Origin: Blepharisma stoltei ATCC 30299
Taxonomy: Eukaryota; Protista; Ciliophora
NCBI GenBank assembly: GCA_965603825.1
Contig: CBFDEM010000062.1
Span: 124,001 to 188,000, forward strand
DNA: 64,000 bases
Direction of reading: 5' to 3'
The notes beneath the pieces are model-generated. The model saw only the letters and a list, made by a program, of their open reading frames with translations. It searched no databases and was not told where the DNA came from. The position numbers and the translations under genes were made by a program. Below are positions 11,112-22,120 of the stretch, one piece after another; positions within the stretch are counted from its first letter, which is position 1; each line of letters starts with the position of its first letter.

Positions 11112-12407
11112 ATGATCATTAAATCATTGCGTAGATTCAAATCATTTATAGGGGATCTTCCTCCAGACCATCATTTTCCTTTAGAAAACTTGCCGTTTGG
11201 CGTTGGCAAGCGAATAGGAGCTAAAGGCGGCGTAAAATGTGTAAGTAGAATCGGAGACTACGCAATAAATCTCGCAGAATTAGAATCCCAAGGATTTTTC
11301 AAAGAAATTCTCCCTCAAAGCACTTTTTCTTCAAAATTCCTCAACAAATTCATGTCTCAAGAGCGCACTCAATGAAAAAAAGTCCGTGAAATCCTTCAAG
11401 ACTTATTTGATGCCAATAATCCCAAAATCCGTGATAACGCTGAGCTTAGAAATGAAGTTTTAATCCCAATAGAAAATTTCAGACAAGAAATGCCTGCAAA
11501 AATAGGAGACTTCACTGATTTTTACTCCTGCAAAAATCACAGAGACAATTGTGGGAAAAAGTATCCTTTAGCAATTAAGCCAAATTATGAATGGATTCCA
11601 ATTGCTTATCATGGAAGAAGCTCAAGTGTCAAACTCAGCGGAACACCTTTACGCAAGCCTTATGGGCAGGTTATGCACCCAGGCAGCGATAAGCCAGTTT
11701 ATGAGCAATCTCAATGGCTTGATTTTGAAGTCGAAATGGGCTATTTCATAGGTGGAAAAACTAATAAATTAGGAGAAAACATCCCTATAGAGAAAGCAGC
11801 TGATAATATTTTTGGGTTCGTTATTTTAAATGATTGGACTGCTAGAGATATCCAGTTGTGGGAGTTTACACCACTTGGACCATTTAATTCGAAAAATATG
11901 CTTACTTCTATAAGCCCTTGGATTGTTACCTTAGAAGCGCTTGAACCTTTTAAAGCTCCAATGGACCCTCAAGTCCCAGAGCCATTAGATTACCTTAAAG
12001 ATCCTCATAGGTTTAATTATAATGTAGGCCTTGATGTATTTTTTAAAAAAGGTGGGGTAAAAGATTCAGATTTTGTAAAAATTTCTTCGACTAATTTGGC
12101 TCATTTGTACTGGAGTGTCGCACAGCAGGTCGCTCATCATACAGAAACAGGGTGCAATTTAAAGCCTGGAGATTTAATTGGAACTGGAACTTTATCAGGG
12201 ACTACTCCAGATACTGTTGGATCGCTACTTGAAATGGATTGTTTAGGACTTAAAGGAATCCCTTATAAAGAAGGAAGCAGGGCAAAGTTTTTAAGTGGAG
12301 GGGATTCCGTGAAAATTGTTGGGCAGTCTAAAAAAGGAAACTTGACAATTGGGTTTGGAGAATGTGTAGGAAAAGTTCTCAGAGCCAGGACAATGAAAAA
12401 GGAATAG
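11112..12407 (+). CDS. FAH: Fumarylacetoacetase, 431 aa
   Basis: HFPLENLPFG, IGDFTDFYS..NH, LDFEVEMG, LNDWTARDIQ, PLGPF.SKN; TGA 11373-11375 at the conserved Trp (TQ-W-KKVR). Confidence 0.93.
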
Positions 12408-12774
12408 CTGGAAAGCAAAATTTAAATAAAAAATAGTCGTTAAAGTATGATAAGAATAGTATATAATTTTAGAAATAAATTAATTATAGTAAATAATTTA
12501 TATAAAAATAAGTTAAAGTCTAAAGAATTTTCATATAATATAAATCAAAATTTTATTAATCCATTTTTCATAAATTCACTGGAAATATTACCTGAAGATT
12601 GCAAAATGGATATAAGCATTATTGAAAGTACAAAATCCCTTAAATAATTTTCATATATAATTAAAAACTTATTTTTCCTCTCTGCTTTACAAATAAACAG
12701 CATGAAAAATTTAGCTCAACATGTCGTCGAAATCTTTGGTAATTATTAAATCACCATAAAGAAGTAGATTATAA

Positions 12775-14358
12775 ATGTCACTGGACGTGGGCATAGAGAG
12801 CATCTTTTGTTTAATACTCATCACTCTTTCTATGATACTATCAGTCTATCTCCCAAAATACAAGGTAAACCAAATTTAGATTCATTATTTTCATGAATCT
12901 GGCGTTATAATTTTGATAGGTATCGGATTAGGAGCATTTATGGATGGAATTAGACACCCGCTTTCAAGATTTAGCTCAGATATATTTTTTGACTTTATGC
13001 TGCCCTTCCTCATTTTAGCTGCAGGCTTCAACATGAAAAGGCGACGATTTTTCCGAAATATTGGCCCAATCTTTTTATTAGGCATCATAGGAACTTTAAT
13101 ATGTTTTGTTCTAATAGCAGCTATGGCCTACGCCTTCAGTGAATGAGGATTCATCAACCATGATGGCACAAAGTACCTAAGCCCTAGTGAAGTTATGGCT
13201 TTAGGTGCCGTTTTATCATCTTCAGATGTCGTTTGTGCTTTAGCCCTTGTAGAAGAATCCAAAACCCCTAAACTCCACTCAATTTTATTTGGGGAGTCCG
13301 TCATAAACGACGCTGTTGGCATTTTGCTTGTAAATGTCGTAAAAACAGTGAGTATTTCTAATATAAACGCAACTGAAGTATTTACCTTTATTGGCACATT
13401 TTTGTATGTAAGTATTACAAGTATTTTGATGGGAGCTGTTTTTGGTCTAATTGCGAGTTTTATGACAAAAGTTTTGTATGATTTACGAGACGAGCCAAGC
13501 AAGTCTATTGCGTTACAGTTTTATATATCAATTTTAGGGTATATGATAGCAAAAGCAATTGACTTGTCAGCGGTTATTGTACTTTTAGTGTGCGGAATTA
13601 TATCAGGACATTATGCATGGTATAATTTGTCTAGAACTTCAAGGACTGCTGTGACTAATTCTTTTCAGTTTATTGGGGATGCTTCAGAAGCACTTGTTTT
13701 TGCTTATTTAGGAATTTCTGCTTTTACTTATAAAGAAGAGGGAATTGAATGGAATTATATTATTGCTGTTTCTGGGGCTACGATAGTGTCAAGATTAATT
13801 GCAGTATTTGGATTGATATGGATTGTACAGTTGCTATCTGGTGGGAAATTTAAAATGAGTGTTGGAGCTATTTCGGTTATTTGGATGGGCGGGATTATTA
13901 GAGGAGCAGTCTCCTTTGCATTGTCTCTTGATTTGGATTTTTCCCACAAAGATGTCCTCCGTATCACTGTTTTAGGAGTTGTGATTGGGACAACTCTAGT
14001 TTTTGGAACGGTTTTGCCTTTGTGGGTCAGGTGGATTAAGCCTGATGAAGGAAATGACGACCGTGGAATGGAAATAAAAGATGATGATTTAAGCAGGTCA
14101 ATAACAGGAAGAAAAAGCGTCTTTTTAGCACAGGATGAGACAAAAACGTATAAAAATTGGGTCCATAAAATGTGGAGGACTATTGATGATAAATATATAA
14201 AACCGTGACTAATTCACAAAGATGCTTTGGAAGAGGTCAAAAAAGCAAAGGCAAATCTTGCAGCTAAGAATTTGGTTCTTAAAGATGATAATGATACTAT
14301 ACCAGAAGTATCGGAGTATTCGCTCCATTCGAATGGATCATATAGAGAAATGCAGTAA
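12775..14358 (+). CDS. Na+/H+ exchanger (CPA1/NHE-NHX), 522 aa; intron 12865-12879
   Basis: FHESG, FFDFMLP..I..AGF, ILFGESVINDAVGI, IWMGGIIRGAVSFAL; TGA at 13144 and 14206; TAA at 14356-14358. Confidence 0.9.
12865..12879 (+). other. 15-nt spliceosomal intron
   Basis: GTAAACCAAATTTAG, phase 0; retention gives an in-frame TAG. Confidence 0.88.
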
Positions 14359-14963
14359 TATTTAATTATTTATTTTCTTAAAATTCGTAATAAATGATTT
14401 TTTGAATATTAAAATATTTATACTAATTTTCGATTAATTTTAATTTTGCAATCTTGAATTACTTAACGATAGCTAGCAAGTTTGCCTAAAAACTAGGATT
14501 TTATAATAAAATTAATCAGATTAATTTTAAATAAAGTCTGAATATAATAATCAAAATTCCTACAAAATTTAAAGAATTTAATTATTTTTTATTTTACTAA
14601 TAATCAGCCAATTCTGTAATAAATTTCTCAAGATTATTGTTTATTTTACAAATCCAATAATTCTCTCATCAATCAGGATTTTACCTATATATTTCTATTA
14701 TTGACAATAAATGAGCTTTTAGACAGCAAGTGCTTCAGTAATCCAGTCAAAAAGCTGTACGAAAATTTGAATATCGAAAACTATATAGAAAAAAGACCTT
14801 AAAAAGAGCTATTAACCTAGGGATTCAATTAGAAGGATTTTTATTAAGCAAAGCAATAAGTGAGCTTTAATAAAAAAAAACAATCCATATTTATCATAAA
14901 TCTTGCATAAATAAGGTAGCTAATTTCTTTAAAATATAAACATAAATATAATTATAGCCACTC

Positions 14964-16598
14964 ATGGGAGTCTGCTGTCATAAAGAATATTCAATTAAAA
15001 GGCCTCTCGCTTCATGTTCTGCTACAAAAACGACAATTGCAAGAGCATTAAATGCTGACACCATTTCAAAGCATTATACACTTCTCAGAACTATTGGATA
15101 TGGAGCATTTGGAACTGTAAGAGAAGCAACTTTGATTAATCCTGGTGAAGCTCCTATCCTAGAACCTTCTGAGAGGCATTATGCAATTAAATCAATCAAC
15201 AAAAACAAGGTAAAAAAATATTTAAAATCGTTGGATAGTGAATTGAGCATACTTCATATGCTGGATCACCCAAACATATGTAAATTATATGAAATCTATG
15301 AAGATCAGATGTACATTCATTTGGTAACTGAATATTGCCAAGGAGGAGATCTCTTAGAAAATTGGTCAGTTCATAAAATCTCAACAGAAGCTGAGCTTGT
15401 CAGAATTATACAAAAAGTTCTATTAGCAGTAAATCACCTACACAACATGCATATTTGCCATAGAGACATTAAGCCAGAAAATATTCTATTTTCAAGTGAC
15501 AGACCGGACTCCGAAATAAAACTAATAGACTTCGGGTTTTCCACCAAATTTTTGGACAAAGAAATGGACTCATTTGTAGGATCTCCAAGATATATGGCTC
15601 CAGAAATCATTAAAGGAAGCTATGGGAAGGAATGCGATATTTGGTCGATTGGGGTGATGACTTATTTTTTGCTAATTGGAAAATTTCCATTCCCAGGTAG
15701 ATCATTGCATGACCAATTCAAAAATATTTTAAAAGGAGAGTTTTGTACCAATAGTCCTAGCTGGGCTTCTATATCTCCAGAAGCCCAGGATTTTATTTCA
15801 AAAATGTTAGTTTTAAATCCTGATAATCGCATTACAGCAACTCAGGCTTTAAACCATGATTGATTTAAATCAATAAATACAAAATCGCATACAATTGATA
15901 AAAAAATTTTCCATTCAATCAAAAAATATAAAGATAAAGGAAAGCTCTGAAATATTGCAATGAAAGTCTTAGTTAGAAATCTTTCCCAAGACCAAATAGA
16001 TGACTTAAAAACAGCTTTCCACGAACTCGATAGACAAAGAACAGGATTTATCACTGCTGAAGACATTCAGGCCTGCATGGAAAAGAGCAATCTTCAGCTC
16101 GCCAAAGAAGAGTTCAATAGTTTATTAGAAAAAATCGAATTTATTGGAAAAGGTAAATTAAACTATACCCAGTTTCTTATAGCAGCTGCAGATAGAAAAA
16201 AAATTATTGATGAAGAAAACACATGGATGACTTTTAGATATTTTGACATTGACGCTGACGGGAAAATCAATATGAGTGATTTAAAAAGTGCTATAGAAAA
16301 AGCAGGATGCTATATATCAGAAACTGAATATCGAGATTTATTGCAAGAATTTGAGCTTAAATTTGACGAAGATTTAAGCTATGAGGATTTTGCAGATATT
16401 TTGAACTGTAAGTGCTATTTAGGCTTCACAGATATTTCAAGCTCATTTTGCACAGAAAATGATGAATCATTGAGAACGCCGATAAGAAAATTAAGTACAA
16501 GAAGATTAACTAATAGACGCTGCTCTATGGTAGAAGCGATAAAAAGAGCAAGAAGGAGCACAATTGACCCATGCATCTCTTCTACTCAAATTATTTAA
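14964..16598 (+). CDS. Calcium-dependent protein kinase (kinase + EF hands), about 540 aa, MGxCC acylation motif
   Basis: IGYGAFG, AIK, HRDIKPEN, DFG, APE; HD[TGA]F equals the usual HPW; calmodulin-like domain follows in frame via two TGA. Confidence 0.92.
16408..16422 (+). other. Candidate stop-less 15-nt intron in the CDPK tail
   Basis: GTAAGTGCTATTTAG fits the full local consensus but is not required for the reading frame. Confidence 0.55.
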
Positions 16599-16745
16599 CG
16601 ATTTTCATAACATTATTTAAGATAAAATGGCTATCATTTTGATTTTTATTATAAACGAAAGTGTTTTAAATATTCTATATCAAATAATCGAGCATATACT
16701 TATTTTTCTATAATAAAATTTAAAAATGCTTTAGAAATGCTTGCA

Positions 16746-19253
16746 TTAGTTAGCGAAATATAGAAGAATTTCATTATATGTGGGACTTGGAGAAAATTCT
16801 TCTGTTATCTCGACAGATTCAGCCATGGAGCAAAGAAAGTTTGAAATGGCTGGTTTTGTTTCACATAAATCGTCAGAGGCATCTTCAAGTTCTTGTTTAA
16901 TGAAAGTTCCATCAAAGCGCCAATAATTTGTTATAAAATGCTCAATTAAAGTTGCAAGAGTGTTGATATAAATAGTTTCCTGAGCTATCTGAATTTCTTT
17001 TATCATCGCTGACAATAAAAATGTTGAGTTTAATGACTCTTTGCTATCATAAATGATTTTTTTAATTATCAAAGCTTCTGGAGTATCAAAAAGCCTATAA
17101 AAATGCAATACGTCTTTGATTAGTTCTGAATCTTCACTATTTTCTATTATAAAACATGCAAAAATTATGTTCTCTACCGATAAATTATAAAGCTCTTCAT
17201 TAGAAGCACATAAAAGTTTACTATAAAAATAGCATGGCTCTAGCTCAGCACTTAAGCTTCCATTTTCTTTTGCTTCTATTAAATTCCACGCAACTTCTCT
17301 ATCTTTACATTTTTCAACTAAATTTGTATAGCAAATAAGCCTCGCTGATCCAAAATCATAATAATCTTCTATCCGATCTAATTTATATTCATCCCAAAAA
17401 GGTCTATATATCCGGGTAAAAAATTGAGACAGTTTATGTGAGATTTGTTTTAAATATTTATTCTCCCATAAAAGTTTAGTTACTTCACTGGTATATTTGA
17501 TAATAATATATTCATATTCTGGAATCATAGAAACAATTAAATCTGCTAAGCAAGCAAATCTAGATTTAGTTGACGTATAAACCTGAATGCAATCACTCAA
17601 AAGTCCATATCTATCTTCAGCACTTAAGAGTTTTATTGATTTTATTATTTCATCAAATATTTCGTCAGAGTAAATTGACCGATAGAAACCCATGGTTTTG
17701 AAATTTAGCTTTATCCATTTACTTGGCTTTTCTAATTTAATATTTGCAGACTTATCTTTGAATAGCACATAGTGAACACTCAGGTCGTCTGTAATAAACT
17801 TAATAGGAACATGCCACAAAAGAGGACTATTTTGGGCTAAAGAAGAATATTGAGTTAATTTATACTCTAAATCATCAATTTTTTTTACTGTAATCAGAGG
17901 AAACCCTGCTTGTCTCGTCCAGCATTGCATTATTTCTCCGAGTTCTGGAAAAGAAAATTCAGCTAAAACATCCCAAAGCATGTCTGTTGTCGTATTTTTC
18001 CATTTATACACATTTAAATACTTCCTAATCCCATTTAAAAATTGTTCTTCTCCTATAAAATCTTCTAGCATCCTTAGTACAGAAGCTCCTTTTGCATAGC
18101 TAATTGCATCAAAGATTTCTTCAATTCTATTCGGATCATCGCACTCCACTTCAATTGAGTGGGTATTTTTCTGTACGTCCTTAAGCATAGCAATATTCCA
18201 TACATCTATAAGAAATTTCAGTCAAATTTTAAATTTTGGCTTCAAACTATTCAGACATTTATATTCAATAAATCTCGCAAACCCTTCATTTAACCACAAA
18301 TGTGTCCATCATTCCATAGTAACGAGGTTCCCAAATCACATGTGGGATATTTCATGACAAAGAGTACGGCAGTTTCTTGGGAAAAGCTGAAGGTCTTCAT
18401 TTGGGAGTCTTTCTATACAATAATCTGCAAATGTTATAGATCCCCAGTTTTCCATAGCTCGATATTTTAGTTCTATATTAAAATTACTGAAAACTGAAAT
18501 AAGGTCAAGTTTCTGTAGCGGGTATGAAATCCCAAAATAATTATTGTAAAAATCAAGGGAAGATTTGGCAAGCTCAAGAAAATCGTGCGAAAAATCAATG
18601 TTTTCGGCATATAAACTAATTTTTACCCCACAGTCAGCAACAATAGATATTTGGTTGTGCTTGCATATAGTCCAATGCAAGAGGTAGCAAGACATCAATG
18701 GTGTTTCTTCGAATTTATAAGCTGTTTTGCTACCTAAAGCATTTTTTTCTGTATAGTTCATATTAGAAATTACAAAAAAATCATCATCTGCTGTGACGTT
18801 TAATTGAAATCTGGCTTTCATTATTGGCTCATCAAAGCATGGAAAAGCTTTTCTGGCATAGATAGGCTCGAAATGAGTAGTAGCCATAAGAGTTCTATTT
18901 GTGCTTGAGCATACGTAGCTTCCTTTTATCACGAAATCCATCTTGACTTCAAAATCAATTTTAATTTTAATTTCACCTTCAATCTCTGTAGGGAGTTCAA
19001 TGCACATTTTATCATTATTTGTTGGGAAATACGATAAACCAGACTTCATTGGATAGACTATAGCAATATCTGTAATAACTAAAGGGCTGTCTGAATGCAT
19101 GCAAAATATTTTTGATGGAGCTTCTATAAGAATGGTGACTGTTTCTGTTCCAGTATAGTATTGCTCTCTCATAAAGCTAGTTAAAAAGTACTAGTCTAAT
19201 GAGATAGCATAATAAGTAGGCTTGATGTGCTGAGGAAGTCTTGTATCTGACAT
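16746..19253 (-). CDS. M1 zinc aminopeptidase copy A, 825 aa; introns 19177-19191 and 18473-18487
   Basis: RLP..IKP..Y, THFEPIYARKAFPCFDEP, RAMENWG, HEISHM[TGA]FGNLVT...WLNEGFA, FDAISYAKG. Confidence 0.9.
18473..18487 (-). other. 15-nt intron (in frame, no stop)
   Basis: GTAATTTTAATATAG; removal restores canonical LDLI-x8-AMEN spacing; the paralogous intron is 16 nt and must be spliced. Confidence 0.85.
19177..19191 (-). other. 15-nt intron
   Basis: GTACTTTTTAACTAG; retention gives TAG. Confidence 0.88.
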
Positions 19254-19271
19254 TTTATTAATTATAGATTG

Positions 19272-19469
19272 TTAATTAGGTATCATAATAGTAACCTTTT
19301 TGTCCATAGTCTATCTCTTCCTTTGTCTTTATCTTTATTTGATTTTTCTTCTTCTGTTTCTTCGTTCTCTTTCATTTGTTTTTAGCTCAGTTTTTGAATT
19401 TCTTTGTTTTTCTTCAATTCTTTTTTCATTTTTCTAGCTTGCATCCAGCTGTCGACTTTGCTTTTGATT
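19272..19469 (-). pseudogene. Orphan duplicated 3' end of the PKD2-like gene
   Basis: Matches 22121-22319 with small deletions and substitutions; no 5' part. Confidence 0.85.
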
Positions 19470-19593
19470 GCAGGCGATACCCAACTAATATCCTAGCTCA
19501 TTTAATATTTGATGCATAAATTTAAAGCTATTTTTAAATCAATTATGCTTATTTTTCTATATAAAATTTAAAAATGCTTTAGAAATGCTTGCA

Positions 19594-22102
19594 TTAGTTA
19601 GCGAAATATAGAAGAATTTCATTATATGCTGCATTTGAAGAAAATTTTGCTGTTATCTCGACAGATTCAGCCATGGAATAAAGAAAGTTTGAAATGACTG
19701 GCTTTGTTTCACATAAATCGTCAGAGGCATCTTCAAGTTCTTGTTTAATGAAAATTCCATCAAAGCGCCAATAATTTGTTATAAAATGTTTAATTGAACT
19801 TGCAAGAGTGTTGATATAAAATGTTTCCTGAGCTATCTGAATTTCTTTTATCATCGCTGACAATAAAAATGTTGAGTTTAATGACTCTTTGCTATCATAA
19901 AGGATTTCTTTAATCTTCAAAGCTTCTGGAGTATCAAAAAGCCTATAAAAATGCAATACGTATTTGATTAGTTCTGAATCTTCACTATTTTTCATTATAA
20001 AACACGCAAAATTTATGTTCTCTAAAGATAAATTATAAAGCTCTTCATTAGAAGCACATAAGAGTTTACTATAAAAATAGCATGGCTCTAGCTCAGTACT
20101 TAAGCTTCCATTATCTTTTGCTTCTATTAAATTCCACGCAACTTCTCTGTCTTTGCATTTTTCAACTAAATTTTTATAGCAAATAAGCCTCGCTGATCCA
20201 AAATCATAATAATCATCTACCTTATCTAATTTATATTCATCCCAAAACGGCCTATATATCCGAGTAAAAAATTCAGACAATTTATGTGAGATTTGCTTTA
20301 AATATTCATTCTCCCATAAAAGTGTAGTTACTTCACTGGTATATTTGACAATAATATATTCATATTCTGGAATCATAGAAACAATTAAATCTGCTAAGCA
20401 AGCAAATCTAGATTTAGTTGACATATAAAACTGAATGCAATCATCTAAAAGCCCATATCTATCTTCAGCACTTAAAAGTTTTATTGATTTTATTATTTCA
20501 TAAAATACATCGTCAGAGTAAATTGACCGATAGAAACCCATGGTTTTGAAATTTAGCTTTATCCATTTACTTGGCTTTTCTAATTTAATATTTGCAGACT
20601 TATCTTTGAATAGCACATAGTGAACACTCAGGTCGTCTGCAATAAACTTAATAGGAACATGCCACAAAAGAGGACTGTTTTGAGCTAAAGAAGAATATTG
20701 AGTTAATTTATACTCTAAATCATCAATTTTTTTTACTGTAATCAGAGGAAACCCTGCTTGTCTCGTCCAGCATTGCATTATTTCTCCGAGTTCTGGAAAA
20801 GAAAATTCAGCTAAAACTTCCCAAAGCATGTCTGTTGTCGTATTTTTCCATTTATACACATTTAAATACTTCCTAATCCCATTTAAAAATTGTTCTTCTC
20901 CTATAAAATCTTCTAGCATCCTTAGTACAGAAGCTCCTTTTGCATAGCTAATTGCATCAAAGATTTCTTCAATTCTATTCGGATCATCGCACTCCACTTC
21001 AATTGAGTGGGTATTTTTCTGTACGTCATAAACCATAGCAAAATTCCATACATCTATAAGGAATTTCAGCCAAATTTTAAATCTTGGCTTCAAAATATTA
21101 AGACATTTATATTCAATAAACCTCGCAAACCCTTCATTTAGCCACAAATGGGTCCATCATTCCATAGTAACTAAGTTTCCAAATCACATGTGGGATATTT
21201 CATGACAAAGAGTACGGCAGTTTCTTGGGAAAAGCTGAAGGTCTTCATTTGGGAGTCTTTCTATACAATAATCTGCAAATGTTATAGATCCCCAGTTTTC
21301 CATAGCTCGAGATTTTAATTCTATATTAAAAATTACTGAAAACTGAAATAAGGTCAAGTTTCTGAAGCGGGTATGGAATCCCAAAATAATTATTGTAAAA
21401 ATCAAGGGAAGATTTGGCAAGCTCAAGAAAATCGTGCGAAAAATCAGTGTTTTCAGCATATAAACTAATTTTTACCCCACAGTCAGCAACAATAGATATT
21501 TGGTTGTGCTTGCATACAGTCCAGTGCAAGAGGTAGCAAGGCATCAATGGTGTTTCTTCGAATTTATAAGCTGTTTTGCTGCCTAAAGTCTTTTTTTCTG
21601 TATAGTTCATATTAGAAATTACAAAAAAATCATCATCTGCTGTGACGTTTAATTGAAATCTGGCTTTCATTATTGGCTCATCAAAGCATGGAAAAGCTTT
21701 TCTGGCATAAATAGGCTCGAAATGAGTAGTAGCCATAAGAGTTCTATTTGTGCTTGAGCATACGTAGCTTCCTTTTACCATAAAATCCATCTTGACTTCA
21801 AAATCAATTTTAATTTTAATTTCACCTTCAATCTCTGTAGGGAGTTCAATGCACATTTTATCATTATTTGTTGGGAAATACGATAAACCAGACTTCATTG
21901 GATAGACTATAGCAATATCTGTAATAACTAAAGGGCTGTCTGAATGCATGTAAATTATTTTTGATGGCGTTTCTATAAGAATGGTGACTGTTTCTGTTCC
22001 AGTATAGTATTGTTCTCTCATAAAACTAGTTAAAGAGTACTATTCTAAAGAAATAGCATAATAAGTAGGCTTGACGTGCTGAGGAAGTCTTATATCTGAC
22101 AT
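19594..22102 (-). CDS. M1 zinc aminopeptidase copy B, 825 aa; introns 22026-22040 and 21321-21336
   Basis: Same motifs as copy A; after splicing both copies are exactly 2478 nt. Confidence 0.9.
21321..21336 (-). other. 16-nt intron
   Basis: GTAATTTTTAATATAG; explains the apparent frameshift between track ORFs 21326..22021 and 21184..21459. Confidence 0.88.
22026..22040 (-). other. 15-nt intron
   Basis: GTACTCTTTAACTAG; same position as in copy A. Confidence 0.88.
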
Positions 22103-22120
22103 TTTATTAATTATAAATTG

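Noticed and set aside
14714-14756. Imperfect stem AGCTTTT-GAC...GTC-AAAAGCT upstream of the CDPK
   Set aside because: No snoRNA boxes or second hairpin; insufficient support for an ncRNA.
21321-21336. Frameshift or programmed frameshifting in aminopeptidase B
   Set aside because: Explained by a 16-nt intron; spliced length equals copy A.
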